DNA of 41,002 nucleotides from an uncultured Actinomycetota bacterium (lineage in GTDB: Bacteria; Actinomycetota; Nitriliruptoria; Nitriliruptorales; Nitriliruptoraceae): contig CAYXJD010000002.1 of assembly GCA_964465225.1 (NCBI GenBank), positions 1 through 41,002 on the forward strand. The letters are read 5' to 3'. A program made the translations under genes and the position numbers. Numbering within the stretch: position 1 is the stretch's first letter; every line of letters starts with the position of its first letter. Below the pieces are notes generated by a model. The model made no database searches. It saw only the letters and a list, made by a program, of their open reading frames with translations, and was not told the origin of the DNA. Shown piece after piece: positions 26,237 through 36,146 of the stretch.

Positions 26237-28354
26237 ATGGCACAGCAGACTGAGGGCGGTCCCGATGAGGGACCCCCGGTCGAGGATCGCCGCGGAACCC
26301 AGCAGGCTGACGAACGGGGCGGTCACGGCCAGGACGGCCACGAGCAGGACGGCCACGACCAGGACGGCCACGGGGGGCATGCGGACCATGCTGCGCAGTT
26401 CCGCGACCGGTTCTGGTGGACGCTGGCGCTCTCCGTGCCGGTGGTGTACTGGGCGCCGATGGTGCAGGAGTGGTTCGGCTACACGGCCCCTGAGGTCCCA
26501 GGAGCGGGCCTGATCGCCCCCGTGCTCGGCTCCGTGATCTTCTTCTACGGCGGCTGGCCCTTCCTGACCGGCGCGGCGGAGGAGATCCGTGCCCGCCAGC
26601 CGGGGATGATGCTGCTCATCGGCATGGCGATCACCGTCGCCTACGTGGCCTCGATGGCGACGTCGCTGGGCGTCTTCGACGCCGATGTGTGGTGGGAACT
26701 GGCGCTGCTGATCGCTGTGATGCTGCTCGGGCACTGGATCGAGATGCGCGCCGTCGGGCAGGCCCGGGGCGCGTTGGCCGCGCTCGCCGAGATGATGCCG
26801 GACGAGGCCGAGCGTGTCGCCGAGGATGGTGGGACGGAGACGGTTCGGGTGTCCGACCTCTCGGTCGGTGACGTGGTCCTGGTGCGACCCGGTGGGCGTG
26901 TTCCGGCCGATGGCGAGGTGGTGCAGGGAACGGCGGACGTCGACGAATCGATGATCACGGGCGAGTCGACCCCGGTGACGCGTGGAGAGGGTGACCGGGT
27001 GGTCGCCGGCACCGTGGTCGCCGACTCCAGCCTACGTGTGGAGGTGGACGCGGTCGGTGACGACACCACGCTGGCGGGGATCCAGCAGATGGTGGAGGAC
27101 GCGCAGGCCTCCACGTCGCGGACCCAGAAGCTGGCGGACCGGGCGGCGGCCCTGCTGTTCTACATCGCCGTGACGGCCGCGGCGATCACCGCCGTCGTGT
27201 GGTCGGTGACCGGGGAGCCGGCGTTCGCCCTGAACCGCTCCGTGACCGTGCTGGTGATCGCCTGCCCGCACGCGCTCGGGCTGGCGATCCCACTCGTGAC
27301 GGCCATCTCCACCGCCAAGTCGTCGCGTGAAGGCATCCTGGTCAAGGACCGGCTCGCCCTGGAGGCGATGCGCACCATCGACACGGTGCTCTTCGACAAG
27401 ACCGGCACGCTGACCTCCGGGACGCACGTCGTCAGCGACACCGCGGCGGTCGAGCACGTCGAGTTGGAGGAACTGCTCGGACTCGCCGGCGCGGTCGAGG
27501 CTGACTCCGAGCATCCTCTGGCCCGCGCGATCCACCAGCACGCGCTGGAGGAGGTCGGTGACCTGCCGAGCGCGAGCGGCTTCGAGTCGATGACGGGGCG
27601 GGGCGTGCAGGCCGAGGTCGACGGCACGCCGGTCGCCGTGGGGGGACCGGCGCTGCTCGAGGAGCGGGAGCTCACCCAGCCCGAGGGGCTCTCCGAGCGC
27701 ACGGAGCCGTGGCGACAGCGTGGTGCCGCGGTGCTCCACGTCATCCGTGGCGACGAGGTCATCGGTGCCATCGCGCTCGAGGACCAGGTGCGCGAGGCCT
27801 CCCGCGACGCCGTGGCTCTGCTCCATGAGGACGGCGTGACGGTCGCGATGATCACCGGGGATGCGCAGCAGGTGGCCGATGCGGTCGCCGCGGAACTGCA
27901 GATCGACGAGGTCTACGCCGAGGTGCTCCCCGAGGACAAGGACGCCAAGGTCCAGGAGCTCACGGACCAGGGTCGCAAGGTCGCCATGGTCGGCGACGGG
28001 ATCAACGACGCGCCGGCGCTGGCACGCGCCACCGTCGGGATCGCCATCGGCGCCGGCACGGACGTGGCCATCGAGTCGGCGGGCATCATCCTCGCCTCGG
28101 ACGATCCGCGCGACGTGGTGGCCATCCGACGGCTGTCGCAGGCCACCTACCGCAAGATGGTGCAGAACCTGTGGTGGGCGGCCGGCTACAACATCGTGGC
28201 CTTGCCGCTGGCAGCCGGTGTGCTGGCGCCGATCGGCTTCGTCCTGCCGGTGGCGGTCGGGGCGATCCTGATGTCCACCTCCACGGTCGTGGTGGCGCTC
28301 AACGCACAGCTCCTGCGACGGGTCCGGATCCAGGTCGCACCCACCGGCTCCTGA
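26237..28354 (+). CDS. heavy-metal (copper) translocating P1B-type ATPase, CopB-like (CPH motif, His-rich N-terminus)
   Basis: Motifs TGES, CPH in TM6 (VIACPHALGLAIP), DKTGTLT, GDGINDAP. N-terminus is HGQDGHEQDGHDQDGHGGHADH, with no CxxC metal-binding domain. Start is ATG 26237. Confidence 0.9.
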   Translation: MAQQTEGGPDEGPPVEDRRGTQQADERGGHGQDGHEQDGHDQDGHGGHADHAAQFRDRFWWTLALSVPVVYWAPMVQEWFGYTAPEVPGAGLIAPVLGSVIFFYGGWPFLTGAAEEIRARQPGMMLLIGMAITVAYVASMATSLGVFDADVWWELALLIAVMLLGHWIEMRAVGQARGALAALAEMMPDEAERVAEDGGTETVRVSDLSVGDVVLVRPGGRVPADGEVVQGTADVDESMITGESTPVTRGEGDRVVAGTVVADSSLRVEVDAVGDDTTLAGIQQMVEDAQASTSRTQKLADRAAALLFYIAVTAAAITAVVWSVTGEPAFALNRSVTVLVIACPHALGLAIPLVTAISTAKSSREGILVKDRLALEAMRTIDTVLFDKTGTLTSGTHVVSDTAAVEHVELEELLGLAGAVEADSEHPLARAIHQHALEEVGDLPSASGFESMTGRGVQAEVDGTPVAVGGPALLEERELTQPEGLSERTEPWRQRGAAVLHVIRGDEVIGAIALEDQVREASRDAVALLHEDGVTVAMITGDAQQVADAVAAELQIDEVYAEVLPEDKDAKVQELTDQGRKVAMVGDGINDAPALARATVGIAIGAGTDVAIESAGIILASDDPRDVVAIRRLSQATYRKMVQNLWWAAGYNIVALPLAAGVLAPIGFVLPVAVGAILMSTSTVVVALNAQLLRRVRIQVAPTGS

Positions 28355-28356
28355 GG

Positions 28357-29406
28357 ATGCCGTGGCGCCGGACAGTTGCGGACGACGATGCCCAGGGCCT
28401 CGACGGGAACGCTGCCTCGTCGGGCGCAGGTCGCCGCGGGCTCGCGCTCACCCTCCTGGCGATCGTCGGTGCGTACGGCGTGGGTCTGGCCCTGGTGGGG
28501 ATCGAGGGGTCGCTCGAGGCGCTGCGCAGGGTGTCGCTGTGGTACCTGCTCGGGGCCCTGGGCATGCAGGTCCTGGTCGTCCTGCTCTGGTCCAAGGTCT
28601 ACCGCGCCAGCGTCGCGGCGACCGGTTCGCGCGTGTCCGGCTGGTCCGGCCTCCAGGTCTCCATGCCGGCGTTCACGCTCAGCCACACCCTGCCCGGTGG
28701 GGGCTGGGCCGGCAACGCTCTGGCCGCCCAGCGTCTCACGGCCTTCGGCATGGAGGGACCGGTCGCGCTGGCGGCGGTGGCCCTGGCCAGCACGATCTCA
28801 CTGACGTCCATCGCGGCCCTGGGCTCGATCGGGATCGTGATGGCCTTCGTCGCTGGTGATCTGCCGACCATCGCGGTACTGATCGCCGTCCCGATCTTCG
28901 TGGTGCTCGCGATGGTCGTCGCTGCCGTCGTGGCCGTGCTGCGATCCCCGAGAGCCGGAGACCGGGTGGTCGGGGTGGTCGGTCGGTTGCTCCCGAGGTT
29001 GCGCCGCCGCGTCGATGACTGGAGAGCATCCCTGCGGTACGTCACCGAGGACCCACCCTCTCCGGGGCAGCTGGGGATCATCATCGGATGGGCGCTGTTG
29101 AAGTGGGGCGCTGACATCGCCTCACTGGCCCTGGTGTTCGTCGCCGCAGGTACGGCGCCCCGTGTCGCGGCGCTGCTGGTCGGCTTCGGGGCCACACAGC
29201 TGGGCACGGCGGTCCCCGTGACACCGGGCGGGGTCGGGTTCGTCGAGGGTGGCATGGTCGGGGCGTTCGTCACGCTCGGCTATCCCGCCACCAGGGCGAC
29301 CACCGTCGTCATCCTCTACCGGCTGCTGGGTACGTGGCTTCCGGCGATGGCGGGAGCGCCGCTGCTGCTGCGCACTCCGTCCTCGCAGCGCAGCGACGGG
29401 AACTGA
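28357..29406 (+). CDS. UPF0104 / lysylphosphatidylglycerol-synthase-TM-domain (flippase-like) membrane protein
   Basis: ATG 28357 lies 2 nt after the ATPase stop (TGAGGATG). Multi-TM protein with a C-terminal TPGGVGFVEGGMV motif typical of the LPG_synthase_TM family. Confidence 0.75.
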   Translation: MPWRRTVADDDAQGLDGNAASSGAGRRGLALTLLAIVGAYGVGLALVGIEGSLEALRRVSLWYLLGALGMQVLVVLLWSKVYRASVAATGSRVSGWSGLQVSMPAFTLSHTLPGGGWAGNALAAQRLTAFGMEGPVALAAVALASTISLTSIAALGSIGIVMAFVAGDLPTIAVLIAVPIFVVLAMVVAAVVAVLRSPRAGDRVVGVVGRLLPRLRRRVDDWRASLRYVTEDPPSPGQLGIIIGWALLKWGADIASLALVFVAAGTAPRVAALLVGFGATQLGTAVPVTPGGVGFVEGGMVGAFVTLGYPATRATTVVILYRLLGTWLPAMAGAPLLLRTPSSQRSDGN

Positions 29407-29567
29407 GGTGTAGCGAGGTCACTCGCCGGTCGGCGCCGAAGACGTGGCGACCGCGACCAGCCGTTCCGAGCCCACGGGCGCTTCGCCGCGGCCATCCTCG
29501 CTACCTCGATGCAACCGGGACGGAGCTGCCGACGTCGAACCCTGCAGGGACAGGACCGGAGGCCGAG

Positions 29568-30092
29568 ATGCTGCTGCACCGCTCAACGCCGAGCATGACC
29601 GCTGCGGTCGTCGCGGTCGTCGCGGTCGTACTGACGGCCTGCGGTGGCACGGCAGCGCCCGAGGCGGACCAGCTCGATGTGGCCACGATGGACGAGTACG
29701 GCTGTGGCTACGGGTTCTGGCTCGCCAGCCCGGACCAGCGGGTCGCCGTCCGGTTGGCAGCGGCGCCGGAGATCGCTGCGACCGGTGGCCTGCCAGCCGA
29801 GGTGAGCCTGCCCGACGAGGCGTGGGATGGCACCGTGCTGATCGGTGAGGACCTCTACGCGAACTGGTGCGACGACGTCATCGAACCCGGCGAGGCGGAA
29901 CCAGACGTGGCTGAGCAGTGGCCGGTCACGGCGGGCACCATCACGCTGCTGCGGTCGGACCCGGCGGCCGAGTGTCCCACCGATGTCCGCGGCCGGGTGA
30001 GCGGGCTGGAGGCCACCCGACCCGACGGCTCGGTCGTCGAGCTGGGCGCGCGGGACGTCGTCAACGACACCTGGGGATGCGTCGCGGGCTGA
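29568..30092 (+). CDS. hypothetical lipoprotein
   Basis: ATG 29568 with GGAGG upstream. Signal peptide with lipobox VLTAC. I recognise no family. Contains four further Cys residues. Confidence 0.65.
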   Translation: MLLHRSTPSMTAAVVAVVAVVLTACGGTAAPEADQLDVATMDEYGCGYGFWLASPDQRVAVRLAAAPEIAATGGLPAEVSLPDEAWDGTVLIGEDLYANWCDDVIEPGEAEPDVAEQWPVTAGTITLLRSDPAAECPTDVRGRVSGLEATRPDGSVVELGARDVVNDTWGCVAG

Positions 30093-30146
30093 CCGGGGCG
30101 GCCGGTGACCGACCGGTGTCGTCGGCATCCGAGACGGCGGTCGCCA

Positions 30147-30602
30147 TCAGGGAGCTCCCAGGGTCGCGGCGACCGTCGCGCCGAGTTCCCAGGCCGCATC
30201 GAGGTCCGTGCGATCCGGTTCCCCGATGCTCTCCAGCGTGGCGGCCACCGCGCGCCACTGCAGTCCGGTCACCACCCGTTCGACGGAGCGGACGGCGCCC
30301 GTGGTGTCGTTGTTGCCGTGGACGTACATCGCGTAGGGGCGCCGCTGCGTGGTGTGCAGGCAGGGGTAGTAGATCCGGTCGAAGAAGTGCTTGAGCGCTC
30401 CCGACATGGACCCGAGGTTGGCCGGGGTGCCGAGCACGTAGCCGTCCGCGGCGAGCACGTCCGTCTCGGGACAGGTCAGCGCCGGTCGCAGGACGACCTC
30501 GACGCCCTCGACGGCGTCGGTGCGGGCACCGTCGACGACGGCCTCCAGCAGTGACTGCAGGGCCGGCGAGGGGGTGTGATGGACGAGCAGCAGGGTGGCC
30601 AT
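30147..30602 (-). CDS. flavodoxin-like fold / NAD(P)H-dependent FMN reductase family protein
   Basis: 151 aa starting MATLLLVHHTPSP..; has ..ADGYVLGTPANLGSMSGALKHFFDR.., typical of flavodoxin-like oxidoreductases. Confidence 0.7.
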   Translation of the reverse strand: MATLLLVHHTPSPALQSLLEAVVDGARTDAVEGVEVVLRPALTCPETDVLAADGYVLGTPANLGSMSGALKHFFDRIYYPCLHTTQRRPYAMYVHGNNDTTGAVRSVERVVTGLQWRAVAATLESIGEPDRTDLDAAWELGATVAATLGAP

Positions 30603-30753
30603 CGGCACAGGATGTCGGACGGGGGCTCGGCCGTCCAACCCCGCCGCACGCCGCTCGAGCGGCCCTCCCGGGCCGCGCCGCTCGCGGCGCGCATCGCACC
30701 ATCCGGACCGGGGCGTGAAGTGGGGCGCCGGGCACGGCTATCGTGGCGCGGCC

Positions 30754-31503
30754 ATGACCTCCACCTCCGTGCCGAACCGACGCCTGCGCGGCATCGACCG
30801 GGTGCTCCGGCACCTGTCCACCGGTCGTTCATCGGTGGAGCCGGAAGCCGCCGCCCTCGCAGGCTGGCTCTCCGACGAGGCGGTGTGTTTCGACGTCGGT
30901 GCCAACTTCGGCCTGTACACGCTCACCTTCGCGGCCGGGATCGGCCCGCGTGGACGGGTCTTCAGCTTCGAGCCGCTGCCGGGGCCCCGAGCGTTCCTCG
31001 CGCGTGCCGTCCGCCTGCTCGGCGCGGACAACGTGACCGTCTCCGACCAGGCGCTCGGGGATCGGCGTGGGGTGGGCGAGATGAGCCTTCCCAAGCGCCG
31101 GGGCCTCCCCGTCTACGGCCGCTCGTTCCTCGCCGACGAGGCGGAGGGTCTCGGCCCCAACGCCGAGTTCCACAGGGAGCGGCGCCTGACCGTCGGGCTG
31201 TCGACGGTCGACACCGTGGTCCGCGCCGCGGGGCTCGAACGGGTCGACCTGATCAAGATCGACGTCGAGGGCTACGAGCCCGCGGTCGTGCGCGGCGCCG
31301 AGTGGACGCTGGCCCACCACCGCCCCACGCTGTTGCTCGAGATCGAACGGCGACACCTCCTGAAGTTCGGGGTCGAACCGGCAGCGCTCGTCGCGTCGCT
31401 GCGGCGCTACGGCTACGAGATGGCCGCGCTGTGGGACGACCGGTGGTGCCCCGCCGACGTCGTCACCACCGAGCGACGCAACTACCTGTTCACCGCCCGC
31501 TGA
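30754..31503 (+). CDS. FkbM family methyltransferase
   Basis: SAM-binding motif CFDVGANFGLYT and the later IKIDVEGYE motif are characteristic of FkbM-family methyltransferases. Start is ATG 30754. Confidence 0.8.
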   Translation: MTSTSVPNRRLRGIDRVLRHLSTGRSSVEPEAAALAGWLSDEAVCFDVGANFGLYTLTFAAGIGPRGRVFSFEPLPGPRAFLARAVRLLGADNVTVSDQALGDRRGVGEMSLPKRRGLPVYGRSFLADEAEGLGPNAEFHRERRLTVGLSTVDTVVRAAGLERVDLIKIDVEGYEPAVVRGAEWTLAHHRPTLLLEIERRHLLKFGVEPAALVASLRRYGYEMAALWDDRWCPADVVTTERRNYLFTAR

Positions 31504-31581
31504 GTGACCCGCCCGACCCCGGCGGGACTACCCTCGGCGATCCTGCGACGCGCCGCCCCTCGCGGCCCCGAGGAGTGCCAC

Positions 31582-33627
31582 GTGAGCCAGACCATCACCG
31601 TCCACCACGGCGACCGGAGCGTCGAGCTCGACGCCGGGTCGAGCGCCCTGCAGGCGCTGAAGGCCCTGGATGCGGTCCGCGGTGCCATCGTCGCTGCCGA
31701 GGTGACCACGCCCGATCATGCGACCCAGGAGTGGGACCTCGATCGTGCCGTGCCGGACGGGGCGAGCGTGACCGGGATCAACGCCGACACCGACCAGGGC
31801 CGTGCCATCCTGCGGCACTCGACCGCCCACCTGATGGCCCAGGCGGTGACCGACCTCTTCCCCGGCGCCAAGTGGGCGATCGGCCCCCCAATCGAGGACG
31901 GGTTCTACTACGACTTCGATGTCGCCAGCCCCTTCACCCCCGAGGACCTCGAGCGCATCGAAGCCCGTATGGTCGAGCTGGCCCGGCAGCGCCAGCGCTA
32001 CGTCCGCGAGGAGATCTCCGCTGAGGCGGCCCGCGTGGAGTTCTCGGACCAACCCTTCAAGCTCGAGATCATCGACCTCGTCGGCGACGGCACCATCGTG
32101 AGCGCTGTGGACACCGGTGGAGCCGACGCGGCTGCCATCGAAGGCGCCGAGCCGACCTTCACCGTCTACCGCAACGTCCGTGAGCTCGAGGGCGGTCGTA
32201 CCGAGGTGGCGTGGTCGGACCTGTGCCGGGGCCCGCACGTTCCCTCGACCGAGCGGATCCCGGCCTTCACCCTGCTGCGCAGTGCCGGCGCCTACTGGCG
32301 CGGTCGTGAGGACCAGCCGATGCTCCAGCGGATCTACGGCACCGCGTGGGAGTCCAAGAAGGCGCTCAAGGCCCATCTCGAACTGCTCGAGGAGGCGCGC
32401 AAGCGCGATCACCGCAAGCTCGGCCGGGAGCTGGAGCTCACCCACCACCCCGATGAGCTCGGACCCGGCCTGTCCATCTTCCTACCCAACGGGGCGATCG
32501 TCCGGCAGCAGATGGAGGACTGGATCCGCGCTGAGACCCTCAAGCGCGGCTACCAGCCGGTCTACACGCCGCACATCGCCAAGGAGGAGCTCTGGCGCAT
32601 CTCGGGCCACCTCGAGAACTACGAGGAACTGATGTTCCCCCAGATGGAGCTCGACGACGCGACCGCCGCCTATCGGCTCAAGCCGATGAACTGCCCCTTC
32701 CACGTCCTGGCGTTCACCTCACGCACCCGTTCCTACCGGGAACTGCCACTGCGGATCTCCGAGCTCGGGACCGTCTATCGCTACGAGCGTTCCGGGGTGG
32801 TCAACGGCATGCTGCGCGCCCGTGGGTTCACGCAGGACGACTCCCACATCTTCTGCCGCGCCGACCAGGTCGTCGACGAGGTCGTCGGCTGCATCGAGTT
32901 CGCCCGCGACCTCTACGCCGCCTTCGGTCTCGGCGAGCCCTCCCGGGTCGCGGTCTCGACCCGGCCCGAGACGAAGTCCATCGGGACCGACGACCAGTGG
33001 CAGTACGCCGAGGAGGCGCTGATCGCCGCTGCCGAGCGCTCCGGCTACGAGTACCAGATCGATGCGGGTGAGGGCGCGTTCTACGGACCCAAGATCGACA
33101 TCCACGCCCGTGACGCGATCGGGCGGGAGTGGCAGCTGACCACGATCCAGGTCGACTTCAACCTGCCCGAGCGGTTCGACGTCGCCTACGTCGGCGACGA
33201 CGGCGCCAAGCACCGTCCGTTCATGGTCCACCGGGCGCTGTTCGGCTCGATCGAGCGGTTCTTCGCCGTGATGGTCGAGTCGTTCAACGGCGCCTTCCCG
33301 ACCTGGCTCGCCCCCGAGCAGGTACGTGTCGTGCCGGTCGCGCCCGAGTTCGATGCCTACGCCATGGAGGTGGTCGACACCCTGCGCACCGAGGGGGTAC
33401 GGGTCCACCTCGATGCCGGTGACGGCACCCTCGGCAACAAGATCAGGGAGGCGCAGACCTCCAAGATCCCCTACACGCTCATCGTCGGCGCGAGCGAGGC
33501 CGAGGCGCGCACCGTCGCGGTGCGGCCCTACCACGGCGAACAGCGCAAGGACGTCGCGCTCGCCGGTTTCGTCGACGAGGTGGTGGCAGAGATCGCCGCC
33601 CAGCGTCCCGGGGAAGCCCAAACGTGA
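31582..33627 (+). CDS. thrS: threonine--tRNA ligase
   Basis: TGS-like N-terminus, editing-domain HSTAH motif, class II core (RGFTQDDSHIFC, GEGAFYGPKID, HRALFGSIERF) and an anticodon-binding domain. GTG 31582 has GAGGAG upstream. Confidence 0.95.
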   Translation: MSQTITVHHGDRSVELDAGSSALQALKALDAVRGAIVAAEVTTPDHATQEWDLDRAVPDGASVTGINADTDQGRAILRHSTAHLMAQAVTDLFPGAKWAIGPPIEDGFYYDFDVASPFTPEDLERIEARMVELARQRQRYVREEISAEAARVEFSDQPFKLEIIDLVGDGTIVSAVDTGGADAAAIEGAEPTFTVYRNVRELEGGRTEVAWSDLCRGPHVPSTERIPAFTLLRSAGAYWRGREDQPMLQRIYGTAWESKKALKAHLELLEEARKRDHRKLGRELELTHHPDELGPGLSIFLPNGAIVRQQMEDWIRAETLKRGYQPVYTPHIAKEELWRISGHLENYEELMFPQMELDDATAAYRLKPMNCPFHVLAFTSRTRSYRELPLRISELGTVYRYERSGVVNGMLRARGFTQDDSHIFCRADQVVDEVVGCIEFARDLYAAFGLGEPSRVAVSTRPETKSIGTDDQWQYAEEALIAAAERSGYEYQIDAGEGAFYGPKIDIHARDAIGREWQLTTIQVDFNLPERFDVAYVGDDGAKHRPFMVHRALFGSIERFFAVMVESFNGAFPTWLAPEQVRVVPVAPEFDAYAMEVVDTLRTEGVRVHLDAGDGTLGNKIREAQTSKIPYTLIVGASEAEARTVAVRPYHGEQRKDVALAGFVDEVVAEIAAQRPGEAQT

Positions 33628-34271
33628 CCGAGGAACCGGACGCGGATCCCTCCGGGACCTCCGGGACCTCCGGGACGGAGCAGGACGAGCTGCACGCCGA
33701 CATGAGCGACCTCCCGCACCTCGGGGAGGTGGCACGGGATACGCGCAGCGACCAGCCGGGCATCGGCATCGAGGGGCTCCAGCGACTGTGGGCCCCCTGG
33801 CGGTTCGGCTACATCGCCGGCGCCGACCCGGTGGAGGGCTGCCCCTTCTGCGTCCTGCCGGCCCGAGGAACAGAGCACGACCGGGCGTCGCTGATCCTGT
33901 ACCGGGGTGAGCACGCCTACGTGATCTGCAACGCCTACCCCTACAACCCCGGTCATCTCATGGTGGTGCCCTACCAGCACCGCGCGGAGCTCGAGCACCT
34001 GGAGGCGGACGTGGCCTCGGAGGTGTTCGCCCTCGGCCGCGTCGCCGTCAGGGCGCTCAAGCAGCGCATCGGGGCCCAGGGCGTCAACCTCGGGATGAAC
34101 CTCGGCGCCGTCGCGGGTGCGGGCATCACCGACCATCTCCACCTCCATGCGGTTCCCCGCTGGGGTGGCGACACCAACTTCATGTCCGTGGTCGGAGCGG
34201 CTCGCGTGCTGCCCAAGGCGCTCGAGGAGCTCTACGACGAGCTGCTCCCGGGCTTCGAGGTCGGCGGCTGA
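33624..34271 (+). CDS. HIT family protein (Ap4A phosphorylase / GalT-branch-like, as Rv2613c)
   Basis: Histidine triad HLHLHAVPRW. GTGA overlap with the thrS stop. Its position after thrS matches the conserved actinobacterial cluster. The N-terminus contains SGTSGTSGT from a 9-bp x3 repeat, so the true start may lie further downstream. Confidence 0.85.
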   Translation: MTEEPDADPSGTSGTSGTEQDELHADMSDLPHLGEVARDTRSDQPGIGIEGLQRLWAPWRFGYIAGADPVEGCPFCVLPARGTEHDRASLILYRGEHAYVICNAYPYNPGHLMVVPYQHRAELEHLEADVASEVFALGRVAVRALKQRIGAQGVNLGMNLGAVAGAGITDHLHLHAVPRWGGDTNFMSVVGAARVLPKALEELYDELLPGFEVGG

Positions 34272-34347
34272 GTCGGCCACACGGCCAGCCCGAGAGGAAC
34301 CAGCGTTCTCGCTAGCCTAGGCAGCATCCCGAGAACCGCAGGTTGCC

Positions 34348-35136
34348 GTGGCGTTCCGATCCCGTTTCCCCGACGTCGTCGACGCGGTGACCGTCCCTAT
34401 GGGCAGGGCGCTCGGCCGCACGGGCATCAGCCCCAACATGCTCACGACCCTGGGGCTGGTGCTGACCTCGGTCGCTGCGGGGCTGGTCGCCTTCGAGCGG
34501 TTCCGGCTCGCCGGGCTGGTCCTGGTCCTGGGCGGGCTGATGGACGTGCTGGACGGCTCCGTGGCACGAGCCACCGAGCGCTCGACGCCGTTCGGCGGGT
34601 TCTACGACTCGGTCAGCGACCGGATCTCCGACGGGCTGATCCTGGGCGGCATCGCGTGGGCGGTCATCTCCCAACCCCGGCTCCTGCTGCTGGCACTGGT
34701 CGCGCTGCTCACGGCCTTCGTGACCAGCTACGTGCGTGCCAAGGCGGAGTCCATCGACCTGGACTGCTCGGTCGGGGTCCTGGAACGGGGTGAACGCGCC
34801 GTACTCATCATGGCGGCCCTGGTGTTCCACCCCTGGGCCTTCGAGCCGGTGCTGTGGCTGCTGGCCGTCGGCGGCGCTGTCACCGTGGTCCAGCGCATCC
34901 ACCACGTCTGGTGCCAGATCGACCGCGACGTCCCCGACGAACTGCTGCTGCTGGCCCTGCACGACCGTGCCTGGAGCCGGGCCTTCAAGAAGGCCGCCCG
35001 GCGGTTCTACGGGGAGCGCAACTTCGACGGGGCCGTCGACGATCTGGTGGAGCATGCCCAGGAGGGTGCAGCGGCACCAGTGGCTACGCCCATGGAGACC
35101 ACGCCCGGCGATGAGGATGCCGGGTACGCCTCGTGA
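34348..35136 (+). CDS. pgsA1: CDP-alcohol phosphatidyltransferase: phosphatidylinositol phosphate synthase
   Basis: Motif DGSVAR-x8-G-x3-D-x3-D, multiple TM segments, and synteny with patA/pimA. Carries a ~60-aa hydrophilic C-terminal extension. Confidence 0.88.
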   Translation: MAFRSRFPDVVDAVTVPMGRALGRTGISPNMLTTLGLVLTSVAAGLVAFERFRLAGLVLVLGGLMDVLDGSVARATERSTPFGGFYDSVSDRISDGLILGGIAWAVISQPRLLLLALVALLTAFVTSYVRAKAESIDLDCSVGVLERGERAVLIMAALVFHPWAFEPVLWLLAVGGAVTVVQRIHHVWCQIDRDVPDELLLLALHDRAWSRAFKKAARRFYGERNFDGAVDDLVEHAQEGAAAPVATPMETTPGDEDAGYAS

Positions 35137-36146
35137 GCGGCGAGGACCTCCTCGACGATCTGCCTCCGCCCGGTCCGACGAGCCTGCGCCAGCGTGCGGC
35201 CTACGCCCGCTACCTCGCGGTCTGGGAGGCGGCGGCCCACACCCCGGCACGTCTCGCCCGGCACCTGCCCAGCCAGCTCGGACGCGCGTGGTACCTCGCC
35301 GCCCCCGGCGCCCAACGGGCCCAGGTGCGGCGCAACCTCGCGCGCGTCGTCCCCGATGCCGGCAAGGGGGAACTCACCCATCTCGAGCGCGAGGCCTACG
35401 TCTCGTACGCGCGCTACTGGATCGACGCGTTCCGGCTCCACCGCATGGATGGCGCCGCCGTCGTCGCCGCTGCCACGGGAGAGGGACTGGGCTACCTCGA
35501 CGCGGTCCGTGATCGTGGCCACGGGGGCATCCTCGCCACGGGACACCTCGGGTCCTGGGACATCGGTGCCCTCTTCACCGCCCAACGGCGCTGGGGCATG
35601 GTCGCGGTCGCTGAGGTGGTGGAGCCGCGGGCGCTCTTCGAGCGCTTCGTGCGGCTCAGGGAGGAGGCCGGCATCAGCATCGTCCCGCTGGTGCGGGGAG
35701 GGGATCTGCTCGGCGAACTGGAGCGCCGGATACGCCGCGACGGGGCGCTGGCGACCCTGCTGGCCGACCGGGACCTGACCCGTCGGGGGCCGATCGTCGA
35801 GTTCTTCGGCGAGCCCTGCCGGCTGCCTGCCGGTCCGGCCGCGTTGGCACGACGCACGGGGCGACCCGTCCACGTCGGGGCGTTCCTGACCGCGGGGGAG
35901 GGCTTCCACGGGGTCGTGCAACCTCCCATCGAGGTCGCCCACCTCGACGCACACGAGGGCACCCAGGCCGTGGCCTCCGAGCTCGAGCGGCTGATCGGAC
36001 GGTTCCCCACACAGTGGCACGTCTTCGTCCGCAACTGGCTCGCGGACCGTGAGCCGGACCACCCGGTGGTCCGCGCGTGGCGGTCCGGCGAGGACTGGCG
36101 CGCGCTGGCCCGCGCCGACCGTGGCTCCAACGGTGCACCGGCGTGA
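35133..36146 (+). CDS. patA: phosphatidylinositol mannoside acyltransferase (HtrB/LpxL-family lipid acyltransferase)
   Basis: GTGA overlaps on both sides. Lipid A biosynthesis acyltransferase-like sequence (ATGHLGSWD..) in the conserved position between pgsA1 and pimA. Confidence 0.85.
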   Translation: MSGEDLLDDLPPPGPTSLRQRAAYARYLAVWEAAAHTPARLARHLPSQLGRAWYLAAPGAQRAQVRRNLARVVPDAGKGELTHLEREAYVSYARYWIDAFRLHRMDGAAVVAAATGEGLGYLDAVRDRGHGGILATGHLGSWDIGALFTAQRRWGMVAVAEVVEPRALFERFVRLREEAGISIVPLVRGGDLLGELERRIRRDGALATLLADRDLTRRGPIVEFFGEPCRLPAGPAALARRTGRPVHVGAFLTAGEGFHGVVQPPIEVAHLDAHEGTQAVASELERLIGRFPTQWHVFVRNWLADREPDHPVVRAWRSGEDWRALARADRGSNGAPA

